Below are positions 33,555-43,337 of a stretch of DNA of 64,000 bases, one piece after another. Within the stretch, counting starts at the first letter, position 1. Each line of letters opens with the position of its first letter. Source of the DNA: Pseudomonadota bacterium (GTDB lineage Bacteria > Bdellovibrionota_C > UBA2361 > OMII01). Location of the stretch: contig JAYPVM010000001.1 of assembly GCA_038134595.1 (NCBI GenBank), positions 230,299-294,298 on the forward strand, in the 5' to 3' direction. The position numbers and the translations under genes are program-made. The notes below the pieces were generated by a model. It ran no database searches. It had not been told where the DNA came from and worked only from the letters and a program-made list of their open reading frames with translations.

Positions 33555-34343
33555 GTGAAGCTGTCAATCGTTATACCCTGTTACAATGAGCGGTCTACAA
33601 TTCAAGATATCGTGACTGCCGTGAAGAACTCCCCCATTGAGGATAAGGAGATAGTTATCGTTGATGACTATTCAACGGATGGCACAAGAGAGATATTGCG
33701 TAACGAAATAGCGCCTCAGGTAGATCAGATAATTTATCACGACTTTAATCAAGGCAAGGGGGCGGCGCTCCGAACGGGGTTTAAGCATGTTACAGGTGAT
33801 GTCGTGGTTGTTCAGGACGCGGATCTTGAATATGACCCACAGGAGTATGGAAGGCTCCTAGAGCCAATTATTGCTGGCAAGGCTGATGTAGTGTTTGGCT
33901 CTCGGTTCATAAGCGACAGACCTCACCGGGTTGTGTACTTCTGGCATCGTCTGGGTAACTCGATTCTCACGCTTCTCTCTAATATGTTTACAAATTTAAA
34001 CCTTACCGACATGGAGACCTGCTACAAGGTCTTTAAAAGAGAGATTATACAAGGCATTACCATTGAGGAATCCCGCTTTGGTTTTGAGCCTGAGATTACA
34101 GCAAAGATTGCCGCTATGCGTTGTCGTGTGTATGAGGTTGGTATTTCGTACTACGGCAGAACATATGAAGAGGGCAAGAAGATCGGATGGCGAGATGGAG
34201 TTCGCGCCGTTTTTGCTATCATTAAGTACAACGTGTTTAGCAAGCCACAACCGGTACTGCAAAAACAAGTAGTGTCATCACCAAGTGAAGAGGCGAAGCC
34301 GATTTCGTGCAATTCGAAAGAAAGCGGGTGTGGTTGCTCTTAG
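33555..34343 (+). CDS. GT2 glycosyltransferase (polyprenol-phosphate mannosyltransferase-like)
   Basis: [51 protein letters not shown] start follows a GGGAG RBS. Confidence 0.93.
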   Translation: MKLSIVIPCYNERSTIQDIVTAVKNSPIEDKEIVIVDDYSTDGTREILRNEIAPQVDQIIYHDFNQGKGAALRTGFKHVTGDVVVVQDADLEYDPQEYGRLLEPIIAGKADVVFGSRFISDRPHRVVYFWHRLGNSILTLLSNMFTNLNLTDMETCYKVFKREIIQGITIEESRFGFEPEITAKIAAMRCRVYEVGISYYGRTYEEGKKIGWRDGVRAVFAIIKYNVFSKPQPVLQKQVVSSPSEEAKPISCNSKESGCGCS

Positions 34344-34538
34344 GGTAATGTCCTTTATGCCTATCGGGCTCTTGTAGGAGTCGGGGCACAAAGCCAACAG
34401 GTGCGCTTTGTCTTGCTATTATTGCTCGATATTATAGAAATTGTAGCTTGTTTCGGTGCGTGTGCTTGGCGTTTTCCCATACAAAAAGACACTTGGCTAT
34501 AGACACGCGTCTTCTATTTTGATACCGATAATAACGAT

Positions 34539-34625
34539 ATGACTACAGCAGTTACTTTCATTTTTGCTAACTTTTGGCTCGGATTTATTTTCGTGGCCTT
34601 TTTTATTGTTGGTGAGATGGGGTAA
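34539..34625 (+). CDS. Putative Phe-rich attenuator leader peptide (28 aa, MTTAVTFIFANFWLGFIFVAFFIVGEMG)
   Basis: Short ATG-TAA ORF with 7 Phe codons and 1 Trp codon, ending 20 nt before a strong terminator. Confidence 0.65.
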   Translation: MTTAVTFIFANFWLGFIFVAFFIVGEMG

Positions 34626-34645
34626 GTAGTTATTAAAAATAAGCG

Positions 34646-34692
34646 AAAAACCTCCTCACCAAAGTAAAAATTTGGTGAGGAGGTTTTTTTTT
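34646..34692 (+). terminator. Intrinsic terminator (attenuator) upstream of the 34799 gene
   Basis: Perfect 18-bp inverted repeat aaaaacctcctcaccaaa / tttggtgaggaggttttt, 7-nt loop, T9 run at 34684-34692. Confidence 0.9.
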
Positions 34693-34798
34693 GGTCGAAA
34701 CGCTGACTTCCGGTCCTGTGATGTCGAGCTCTTTGTAGCCGTTAGGCAAAAGAAGTCAAGCGAAAACTCTGAATACAGAACAATGAACGGAGAGATAT

Positions 34799-36313
34799 AT
34801 GGCAGCTGAGCAGGGAGTTGAAGTGCACGATAAGCGAGTAGAGCGCCCACGAGTGGATCGGCTTGATCAGAGTGAGCTACGGCTTGGTAATGTGCTGGGG
34901 GAAGAAGCAAAGCTCACTCGCCTCTTACATGATGCGACTAACATGTCTATGACTGCTGATTTGGGTCCAGTTTCTTGTCGAGAGGGGATTGATGTTGGAA
35001 TTCCGGATCCGAAGATATTCTCTAATTACTGCGTGTATTATCCCGAGGTGGTGGTGGAAGCTCTCGCGCGTTTGTATGAGGAGTACAACGAAGTGTTTGT
35101 CGAACTAGCACAAAAAAATGCAGAAGACTGCCACGCCTACCAGTACAACTATCAGGGAAGTGAGCCTATAAATCACTTTGTACAAATTGACATGATGGGC
35201 TTGCCTGAAGAGTTTCTTGCGGGAGCATCTAATGCATCAGTAGAGGCTGTGCAGGAGGTGCTGCGCTCTAGGGTGTTTGAGATAGAAAACTCGGTAGCCG
35301 CATACCACCTGCTGTCATCGTTATTTGTTACCGAAACTCAGCCCAAGACTTTGTTTGGCGAGACATTTCGAGCACGGTTAGATGAGTTGCGAGAAAAACA
35401 TCAAAAGCCGATAGCGTTACTTGCCGTGACAGATGAAAAGTACGACTCCATGCTTTCTTTTGAATTCGGCAAGAGTGAAGGGGGAGTGTTGCCAGCAGAG
35501 GAGGTAAAGCAAAAGACTGGATTCGACGTATTTATGGGCCCAAAGGAGTTTCTTGCGCACCTTGCCGAGAACGATGGAGTTTGCCAGTACATGTTGTATG
35601 TCCGAGCCTCAGCCCCTACTGAGCGACTTAAAGATCCAAGGGTCTCTGTCGAAAGCCCTCTTCTCTCTGATTCTGCTCTTCGAGCGGTTATTAGACAGAA
35701 TGCGCTGACGTTTAATATCGACGCACCGGATGCGCCTTTTGAGAATAGAATTAATGACACCAAGGAATATCTGATACCGATGGATATGGCGTTTCGAATT
35801 ACGAGTCTAAACGATCTCTTCGATGGTGATTTCTTGGCGTATATGAATAGCAAGAGGGCAACGTGGGATGGATATCAAGGTTTAAATAGACTTTCCGCTC
35901 CTTTTAGAGACTTTCTTGAGAGTCAGGATGTAGCAGTAGATGCTGTTGAGTCTGGAGAGGTAATGCTTCGTGCAAAGCCAGAAAAAGAGACGTATGGATG
36001 TTATGGACATGTTCGGGGTGCAGTGAGTAATCGAGAATTTAAGCGGGAGGTTCGGCAGGGGCTTGACCGGAGGGGCTCCTATGTTGTTCAGGTTGAAATG
36101 AAGATGCCGACTATCGAAAATACGCATGACAATATGCGGATGACCTACATAGATAGGAACTTTTTTACGATGACTGAGGATGGCCCTAAGTTTATGGGTG
36201 GTTTTCGAGCGATGATGGACGTAGACTCTCGCGAGGCAAAACACGGGAGAATTCACGGCTCTAATGAAACGGTATGGAGTGAAATCCTTCCAGCTTCGAT
36301 GTTGACTAGGTAG
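34799..36313 (+). CDS. Uncharacterised protein, putative circularly permuted ATP-grasp (glutathionylspermidine synthase-like) amide ligase
   Basis: GGAG RBS. Motif order VQIDM...VFEIENS...LRAKPEKETYGCYGHV...YVVQVEM...IDRN mirrors the R/Q-x-D, E-x-N, KP-G-rich loop and YvxQ motifs of CP-ATP-grasp ligases. Confidence 0.6.
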   Translation: MAAEQGVEVHDKRVERPRVDRLDQSELRLGNVLGEEAKLTRLLHDATNMSMTADLGPVSCREGIDVGIPDPKIFSNYCVYYPEVVVEALARLYEEYNEVFVELAQKNAEDCHAYQYNYQGSEPINHFVQIDMMGLPEEFLAGASNASVEAVQEVLRSRVFEIENSVAAYHLLSSLFVTETQPKTLFGETFRARLDELREKHQKPIALLAVTDEKYDSMLSFEFGKSEGGVLPAEEVKQKTGFDVFMGPKEFLAHLAENDGVCQYMLYVRASAPTERLKDPRVSVESPLLSDSALRAVIRQNALTFNIDAPDAPFENRINDTKEYLIPMDMAFRITSLNDLFDGDFLAYMNSKRATWDGYQGLNRLSAPFRDFLESQDVAVDAVESGEVMLRAKPEKETYGCYGHVRGAVSNREFKREVRQGLDRRGSYVVQVEMKMPTIENTHDNMRMTYIDRNFFTMTEDGPKFMGGFRAMMDVDSREAKHGRIHGSNETVWSEILPASMLTR

Positions 36314-36378
36314 TGAGCCTTCCTCGTTGAGGAGGCTACTTGCTAATTCTAGCAAGACACATATTAGAGGAAGATACC

Positions 36379-37449
36379 ATGAAAAGTGATATTGTTGCTC
36401 TTTCAGAGCGTCTAATTGCTCTCAAGACCGATCCAGACAATCGAAAGGAATTACACAAAGCGCTTTTACTGATTGAGCGAGAGCTTAAAGGATTCACTAT
36501 CGAGCGATTCGATAAAGATGGGTGCAAAAGTATTCTCGTACACAACAGAAAGCAACGACCAAAGCGTTTCACTGTGCTGTTAAACGGTCATCTAGATGTA
36601 ATTCCTGGAAAGGACTTTCAGTACAAACCTGTTGTGAAAGGTCCTAGACTTTATGGCGTAGGCTCGATGGATATGAAGTCTAACGTGGCGTGTCTTGTCG
36701 CAGCTTTTAAGGATGTCGCGCGCGTGGTGAAGTATCCACTCGGATTGCAGATCGTCACTGATGAGGAGATTGGAGGGTTTGAGGGTACCCTCCATCAGAT
36801 TAAGCAGGGTGTGAAGGCAGACTTTGTGATTGCAGGAGAGGCGACTCAATTTGATATTGTAAATCAAGCAAAAGGTGTGCTGTGGTTGAAGGTCTCTTGC
36901 AAGGGTAAAACCGCACATGGCGCATACCCGTGGCGGGGCTGTAACGCTATCCTTGAGATGAATGCCGCGTTAGAAGAGCTCTTACAGCGCTTCCCGATTC
37001 CGCAGAGCCAAGAGTGGGTTTCAACCGTTAATGTTAGTAGGGTTGAGACTACGAATGCCAGTTTTAACAAAGTTCCGGATGATTGTTCAGCGATGCTTGA
37101 TATTCGGTTCGTTCCTAAAGACGCCAAACGTATATTACAAAAGGTTAAAGCCGCCTTTCCAAAGGGGTTTACCTTTGAGGTGCTCGCCCAAGAGCCAGCA
37201 CTCAACGTTCCGGAGTCGAATCATTTTTTACAAGCTTTAAAAGCGTGCACTGAGGAAGTCACGGGCAAAGAAGTTTCCTTCTATGGGGCGCAAGGATCCT
37301 CTGATGCCCGACACTTTACCAGGATAGGATGTGCCGGAGTAGAGTTTGGTCCTATAGGTAAGGGAATAGGAACTGATAATGAATGGGTTAGTATTCCGAG
37401 TTTAAAGAAATATCGTGCGATATTAAATCGCTTTCTCCTCTCACTTTAG
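36379..37449 (+). CDS. M20 family metallopeptidase/deacylase (ArgE/DapE-like)
   Basis: LNGHLDV, GVGSMDMK, DEEIGG, IAGE, GKTAHGAYPW, SSDAR. Confidence 0.93.
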   Translation: MKSDIVALSERLIALKTDPDNRKELHKALLLIERELKGFTIERFDKDGCKSILVHNRKQRPKRFTVLLNGHLDVIPGKDFQYKPVVKGPRLYGVGSMDMKSNVACLVAAFKDVARVVKYPLGLQIVTDEEIGGFEGTLHQIKQGVKADFVIAGEATQFDIVNQAKGVLWLKVSCKGKTAHGAYPWRGCNAILEMNAALEELLQRFPIPQSQEWVSTVNVSRVETTNASFNKVPDDCSAMLDIRFVPKDAKRILQKVKAAFPKGFTFEVLAQEPALNVPESNHFLQALKACTEEVTGKEVSFYGAQGSSDARHFTRIGCAGVEFGPIGKGIGTDNEWVSIPSLKKYRAILNRFLLSL

Positions 37450-37583
37450 TTTGAGTATAGCCCGCACAGGGTTTATTTGTTTTGGAGTTGTTGACCGTGG
37501 CCGATGGCGTGCGGCAAATAGCTTGGCAAGCTTTACAGCAGTTCTTGAGGAGGGGAGTAATACGAGGGTATTATGAAATCCTG

Positions 37584-37799
37584 CTAGTCTCGTGACGACC
37601 CGTTTGTTGATCTGGGAGCTTTCGGAGGGCAATATCGGGCAATCATTTCATTTAGGTGTTTCTCGCCACGGCGTTCAGCATCTCTCCATTCATTTAAGGA
37701 GGGTGTTATTTTCAAGCCTTGTAGGTCCAATAATTCAGATCGCGTATCAGTGGGCTGGGTGTTGCCAGTAGTAGTGTGTACCATATCGTTTATTTCCAA
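37584..37799 (-). CDS. Possible small hypothetical protein
   Basis: 71-aa ORF downstream of tRNA-Ser(CGA); no motif. Confidence 0.3.
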   Translation of the reverse strand: MEINDMVHTTTGNTQPTDTRSELLDLQGLKITPSLNEWRDAERRGEKHLNEMIARYCPPKAPRSTNGSSRD

Positions 37800-37932
37800 G
37801 AGCTTTTTGCCAAGGTGCTAGCATATCACAACAGCAAGGGGCTAACCAAGACGGTAGGGTGAGAGGGCAGGTTGCCGTAAATATTAAAAGATTATTTCAA
37901 GACGGACTGTGTGAAGAGGTTTTTGGCGTAGA

Positions 37933-38022
37933 TGGCGGAGAGGAAGGGATTCGAACCCCCGATACCGTTTCCGGTATACCTGATTTCGAATCAGGCGCCT
38001 TCAGCCACTCGGCCACCCCTCC
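37933..38022 (-). tRNA. tRNA-Ser(CGA)
   Basis: Reverse complement GGAGGGGTGGCCGAGTGG...CCTGA-TTCGAAA-TCAGG, long variable arm, GGTTCGAATCC, ends GCCA. Confidence 0.97.
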
Positions 38023-38316
38023 GTAGGATATAGTTAATTGATATAACTATATATGCTTTTTAAAAACACTCACAAGCCTAGCTTCAGCCAATTAGTGCAT
38101 ATCGAAAGCGTAGTATAAGTAACCCAAGGCGGAGGGAAAGTCTACCAAAGACCGCCGAAAACCATTTCGAGGTGTGTTTTCTTTGAGCAACTTCTCTTGA
38201 GTGGCCCTAGTAGCGGATAAATCTATGGACCCCAATCCTTTACTAGCGAGGGCGATTAGATGATATTTGTCTTGTTCAAAGGCCTGTCATAGAAAAGCAT
38301 TATTGCCGGAAAATAT

Positions 38317-38631
38317 ATGATGCAGCGAGCAAGTAGCAACCTTTCACATGATGATATCACATACAGAGATATAGGTATTCGGGCCACAGCGAGGGAACTA
38401 TTGTCTACTCCCCTTGCTGATGTTGGCCGTGTACGGAAGATGCTTGAGGCTCGTATAAGCAAGGGTGTGTTCACTGATGATGACCTGCAAAAGACCTTGG
38501 GCACTATAACGCCTGACACAGCGTGTGTAGATAGTCTTGTAAGAAACACACAGCTTGAACTCTCGGATCAGCAGAGGGTGGCGCAGGCTTGCTTTGCTCA
38601 TCTAACTCCTCCCTGCTTTCCCATCGTCTAG
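38317..38631 (+). CDS. Hypothetical protein
   Basis: 104-aa ORF with an ATG start; no motif. Confidence 0.45.
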   Translation: MMQRASSNLSHDDITYRDIGIRATARELLSTPLADVGRVRKMLEARISKGVFTDDDLQKTLGTITPDTACVDSLVRNTQLELSDQQRVAQACFAHLTPPCFPIV

Positions 38632-38818
38632 GGTGCCAGAATTTCTGTATCATCTTGATTGCTTGTTCGGGGCATTATAACGCCTAAACTAGAGTAAATA
38701 GAAAGCTGTAAGCTGTTTAGGAGAACCGTGAAACTTTGATTGATGTCTAACACTGATGGATTAAATGTTTTTCATGCGCACTCAAATAAGACGATCCGCA
38801 GGCTTTTGCATGCTGACA

Positions 38819-39706
38819 CTACGCGACAGTTTCTTGAGCCACACAAACTACTTTTCCCGTGCTTCTATCTATCGAAAATTGAAGCTCTAAAGGCCTTGTC
38901 TCGTCTCGGAGGGGCACGAATGTTCTGATATGAAATTGACTCCCATCTGACTGTGATCCGATGTTCTGGATCTCTGGAACTTCGCGCTCGCCTAACAAGG
39001 CGCTTTGCTCGCGAATACGAGAGCGCACATTTGGAATAATCGTCTCTTCCAAAATAACGGAGAAGTCATCATTGCACTCTGAGATAATGCTAGCGGCTGC
39101 GTGTCGCAATGCCTCGTCAAATGCTTTATCTGTAAAAATCGGAACTGCATCGGCGGGTCGATCTACAGACGATGAGGGAAGGAGAGCGAGACATACCGGT
39201 GAATCTTGTGAAAAATGTTCGAAGCGAAGGCCTGCAAGTTGAGGGTTGTTGTCTTCGGCAGGGCCGTCAGGGGCTATGACGTGTTTCTTTTGAGAATCCG
39301 CGCTAAAGGTTCCACGCTCAAGGGGAGGGGCTGGATTCCAGACTGAATTGATATTGGGCAGCACGTATTGCCCTCCTAGGGTCTGGGCAACCACCACTGG
39401 TATTGGGTGTCCGTGCTCAGTTGACTTGCAGTATTGTAATGCAGCGTGAAAGCCCTGTTCGCGCAGCATATTGCGAAGCTCGTGAGCCGCGGTTACTAAT
39501 TCGGGGCGAGTAACTTGATTTTTTATATAATCCTCCACCAAAGTTGATGTTGCTTCTATCTGGAGCTTGTCGCCCAAGAAGCCTTCAACTACCTCAGTTA
39601 AAGGAGTAAATGGGGATGTATTTAGTTGCAGAAGACTCGACTTCTGCTGTGGGATATTTTCAAACATACGGGTAAGATATGAAGAGATGAACTGGCTATG
39701 TAGCAT
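38819..39706 (-). CDS. Hypothetical protein
   Basis: 295-aa ORF; no motif recognised. Confidence 0.65.
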   Translation of the reverse strand: MLHSQFISSYLTRMFENIPQQKSSLLQLNTSPFTPLTEVVEGFLGDKLQIEATSTLVEDYIKNQVTRPELVTAAHELRNMLREQGFHAALQYCKSTEHGHPIPVVVAQTLGGQYVLPNINSVWNPAPPLERGTFSADSQKKHVIAPDGPAEDNNPQLAGLRFEHFSQDSPVCLALLPSSSVDRPADAVPIFTDKAFDEALRHAAASIISECNDDFSVILEETIIPNVRSRIREQSALLGEREVPEIQNIGSQSDGSQFHIRTFVPLRDETRPLELQFSIDRSTGKVVCVAQETVA

Positions 39707-39893
39707 TGCTGGTGATAGTGGTATATTTACTTGAGAATATTAGATTCCCACGTGACTTTTCTTGAGCAAAAGCTTCGTTTCGAGGCTATTTCTCATCCGC
39801 TGGCTGGCTAGGCAAGTACATGCCATAGTATCTCGCTTGGGCCTCAATGTGGGGTGCTGGTAGAGGGATATTTCGAAAAAAGGAGAATGGCTG

Positions 39894-40214
39894 ATGATAC
39901 CGCAAATTACGCCAAGAGAGCTTAAAAGTCGGCTGGACAAGGGTGATGATGTCTATCTCCTCGACGTGCGAGAACCACGGGAACGAGATATTTGCAATAT
40001 CGGGGGTGAATTAATACCGATGGATACGGTTGATGATCACATTGATCGCTTGCCGCGAGACAAGGACATCGTTGTGTACTGTCGTAGTGGAGGGCGAAGT
40101 CAGGCGATAGCAGAAAGGTTGCAATCTCAGCACGGCTTTACAAAAGTCAGTAATTTGTCAGGTGGAATGCTTCGATGGTCGGATGATGTGGATCCTTCGA
40201 TGAAGAAGTACTGA
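39894..40214 (+). CDS. Rhodanese-domain protein (like the MoeZ C-terminal domain)
   Basis: LLDVREPRE, VVYCRSGGRS, NLSGGMLRWSDDVDP; AGGAG RBS. Confidence 0.93.
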   Translation: MIPQITPRELKSRLDKGDDVYLLDVREPRERDICNIGGELIPMDTVDDHIDRLPRDKDIVVYCRSGGRSQAIAERLQSQHGFTKVSNLSGGMLRWSDDVDPSMKKY

Positions 40215-40277
40215 GTTAGACGTTGCCAGTACGGTAATGGCAGAGAGCGCCCTTGCTATGTATTTTAGGCAAAATTT

Positions 40278-40949
40278 CTAAGTACTGTCTCTTGATTTTC
40301 GAACAAATTCTTGCCATCGCTGACGGCACTGTTCTTTCTGTTCGAAGGTCATCTGGGGAGACTCCCACGGAGAACAAACATATGGGCCCTGCAGTTCAAT
40401 GAGCTCATTTAATGATGTTGCCCCGAGGCTTAAAGCGAGCCTTTCTGTAGCGAGTAAAGCCATCTTGGCATCCTCGGCAGCATTGTGTGCAATACCGACG
40501 ACCACACCTAGTTTCTGGCAGAGATCTGTCAGGGAAAAGTCTTCCGGAAGGTCTAATTTGGCGATTCGGGCCAATGTTTTTGCGCAAATGATGGGCTTTT
40601 TCTCTATTTCTGAAAACTCAGTGGTAAGTTCGTTTCGCGAGTATGCCCCGCGAAGGTATTCGATATCTAGATGGGTGAAGTATCCACCAAGTGCCACGGC
40701 TTTTTTGAGTATGTTGTGAGCCTTGAGGACGAGCTCCCGTTCGCTCTGAGCGCTAGCTAGATCGCCGTTAGTGATTCCTGTTAATTTTGTAATATAGCTA
40801 GAAAGATAGACACTTGGCTTAGCACGCTCAGAAAACCGCATACCTGTTTTGGATACGATTCCGAATTCAATTATTTCTGCCGTCGGAGTATCTAGGCTAG
40901 TAGCCTCACAATCAAAAAATAGTGCCAAATCGAAACTATCTATCGCCAT
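40278..40949 (-). CDS. DEDDh 3'-5' exonuclease (DnaQ-like)
   Basis: ExoI FFDCEATSL, EIIEFG, LTGIT, ExoII HLDIEYL, ExoIII AHNAAEDA. Confidence 0.88.
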   Translation of the reverse strand: MAIDSFDLALFFDCEATSLDTPTAEIIEFGIVSKTGMRFSERAKPSVYLSSYITKLTGITNGDLASAQSERELVLKAHNILKKAVALGGYFTHLDIEYLRGAYSRNELTTEFSEIEKKPIICAKTLARIAKLDLPEDFSLTDLCQKLGVVVGIAHNAAEDAKMALLATERLALSLGATSLNELIELQGPYVCSPWESPQMTFEQKEQCRQRWQEFVRKSRDST

Positions 40950-40959
40950 GATGGATTTT

Positions 40960-41427
40960 TTATTGATTGACTCTGCGTAGAGAGGCTATAGCCTCTAAGA
41001 TGGGCTCTTTTTCCCCGTCAAGAAGTGGCACTTCAATCTGAGTGCTTCCCACCTTGTGGAGTGTAAGAACCATTGAGTAACTGAGAGTGGGAGTAAAACG
41101 TGGCTCCGAAGAGGAGGGAATGTTGGGGGTTTCCGCAGAGATCGTGCCCCAGATGCCCTCGGGCGCTTTACTTTCTGTATTGGGATGATTGGTTTGGTCA
41201 ACGATATTCCACGAAGTCATTGCATAGGTATCGAGGATTGTTGCGACTCGATCTCTAACGGCGTGCAAGGGGCTTGGATGGGTGCCTTTAGCACCTGGGG
41301 TGCCTTCTGTTATAAACTTCGTGACCAGTTCAATTTTCTTCGCTAGCTCTGACCGGTCAATTTGGCTCCCATTAAAAGAGAGGTTGTCCGTGCCCATATT
41401 AAGTGGTCTCGCAAAATTGCTTAGCAT
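40960..41427 (-). CDS. Hypothetical protein
   Basis: 155-aa ORF ending 10 bp before the exonuclease start. Confidence 0.55.
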   Translation of the reverse strand: MLSNFARPLNMGTDNLSFNGSQIDRSELAKKIELVTKFITEGTPGAKGTHPSPLHAVRDRVATILDTYAMTSWNIVDQTNHPNTESKAPEGIWGTISAETPNIPSSSEPRFTPTLSYSMVLTLHKVGSTQIEVPLLDGEKEPILEAIASLRRVNQ

Positions 41428-41487
41428 CTTTGTTCTATGTTGTTAATCCTTTTTGTCGCAGTCGACTAGGATATCATAGAACGGTGT

Positions 41488-42522
41488 TTACTGCAAATCC
41501 TTTGAGTGTAGTCGCTCTAATAACAAAAGAGCCGGAGTGATAAGAGCCTGGAGCTGGTTTTCTTGGCCGTACCGTGCGCCGTCTCTGATGTCGAAAATTG
41601 GTTTAAAGGCGATTGACAAGTTGTCGCCTTTATCAGGATCCAAGAAGCGAAGAAGGAAGTCTACCGTTTGGTTGTCCTTTCCGATTAAGAGTGTGTCAAC
41701 CAGCTGACGACATGTTGAGTTTAAATGATCCGCAAATCGCGGGTTTAGATGTTCGGTTGGCATGAGGCCGGCGTTGAGGATGTAGTCTGCTAGTGCGCGC
41801 TCGATGTTCCAGATCTGTTTGTCGTAGGGCTCTAGCGCCGGTGTCTTCATAATGCTGTCAGTGTGATCTCTATTGTGCAAAACGGGCCTTGAGCCTTGAA
41901 GTAAACGCCGCCCTAATTCCCCCTCTCGACCAATTAGTTCAGGCTCATTTTTGTAGAACAAGAAGTGGCACGGCAAAACTTGTGTCTCCTCCACGTTATG
42001 AATGAGCCTTGTTAGAAAAATCCTATCGGCTTCAGTACTTACTTCGGTAAAGAAGGTCGGTGCGGCTTTAGTAAGATCGCCTGAGCGCTGTTCAAGCCAT
42101 TGGGTTGATAATTTATTGAACTCAAGTAAAGCTTGTAGATAAAAAGCGGGGTCTTTCATTTTGGGCGAGAGGACTATCATATCCACGTCGCTTCTGCCTC
42201 TGACAGCTCGATTGCCGTCGTTATAGGACCCTGCCACTCTGACAACACTGTGTTCGTCGTTATCTGCTAGAAACTTGGCGAAATCAGTTATTACTTTGAG
42301 TTCGAATTCTCGGAAAAGGGCTGAGCGGGCGTCGCTGATTCGCTGGATTTGCTCGGGGCTGATTGGAGTAACTGGTGAATCGGAAAGGGCGTTAATCGTT
42401 AGGTTTTGACTGGAATCGAGCTCCAAATTGATGAGCTCCAAATTGATGGGGTTGGACTGTGTCTGAACGGCCTCATCTCGTTTTATCGTTTCGGAGGAAG
42501 AAGCCGTGGGATCATTCAGCAT
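41488..42522 (-). CDS. Pol-beta superfamily nucleotidyltransferase-domain protein
   Basis: hGS...SDxD motif: VRVAGSYNDGNRAVRGRSDVDMIVL. Helical C-terminal region. Confidence 0.7.
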   Translation of the reverse strand: MLNDPTASSSETIKRDEAVQTQSNPINLELINLELDSSQNLTINALSDSPVTPISPEQIQRISDARSALFREFELKVITDFAKFLADNDEHSVVRVAGSYNDGNRAVRGRSDVDMIVLSPKMKDPAFYLQALLEFNKLSTQWLEQRSGDLTKAAPTFFTEVSTEADRIFLTRLIHNVEETQVLPCHFLFYKNEPELIGREGELGRRLLQGSRPVLHNRDHTDSIMKTPALEPYDKQIWNIERALADYILNAGLMPTEHLNPRFADHLNSTCRQLVDTLLIGKDNQTVDFLLRFLDPDKGDNLSIAFKPIFDIRDGARYGQENQLQALITPALLLLERLHSKDLQ

Positions 42523-43337
42523 ATTGGTTCCTAGATTGATAAACTAAGGTACCACTAACTGCTTGTGTTATTTGTTGGACGCTAATCTAGCTCTTAACCA
42601 CCGCCTGGTTAACTAAGGAGCGAGCCCCTTACTAGACAGCTTATCCATGTTCCAGAAACCACCCAAAACCTACTGTTAAAAACAAATCACAATGGACAGC
42701 TGGTGAGTAACTGGTTCTTACATATACCCTTAATGTAAACCTTATTCAACGCCAAGAAGTGTTTTTTTGTATTAACTTGATTTATCCCAGATTGGTTAGT
42801 AGTGGGATGGTCTTATTAGGACAGTGAGACTGGTCTTTTTATTTGCCACACCCTTGGCGGAGCACGATTTTTCCCTAACGCTCTTAGGGTGTGTCGAGGA
42901 AGGGTCATGCTGAATTGACTGATAGTAACAGATTACAGCCTGACGGTACTTGTAGCGGTTGCGATGGAAGCGTATTCGACCGAATTTTGTGTGGAATGCA
43001 TGTGCGAAGGTGTCTTTGGGGGCCCAGAGGCCGCCTTTTCGCATTAATAACAATGATGCGCATGTCAGTAGGAGTTTTATGGAATGGTTTGCGACGGCAC
43101 AGCTATTGCCATAAGCTCTAAGGTAAGCGACGAGCTATGTTATTTGCTCTTTGTTAGTCAGGTGCGGGGTGTTAAAAACTACTTGACTGGGTGCTTTGCT
43201 GGTTGTGAACAGGAAGCTCTCTATTACGAGGTGGGAGGTCGTGGTCTTCATCGCTCGTCCAGCTCTTGTCCGTATGTTTTTGAGTGGCTGGTGTCTGTTC
43301 TAAGCGTGATTTTGCCATTCGGAGTAGCCCTAGACAG

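Noticed and set aside
34400..37932. Integrative element at the tRNA-Ser(CGA) 3' end
   Set aside because: I could not find an integrase or a duplicated tRNA 3' end (att site) by eye.
42418..42447. 15-bp exact tandem duplication (INLEL twice)
   Set aside because: An in-frame micro-duplication in a probably disordered N-terminus, with no evident function.
42530..43330. Coding or structured RNA content in the ~800-bp gap between the NTase gene and tadA
   Set aside because: Only short conflicting ORFs, and no hairpin density comparable to 54.1-55.1 kb. Left unannotated.
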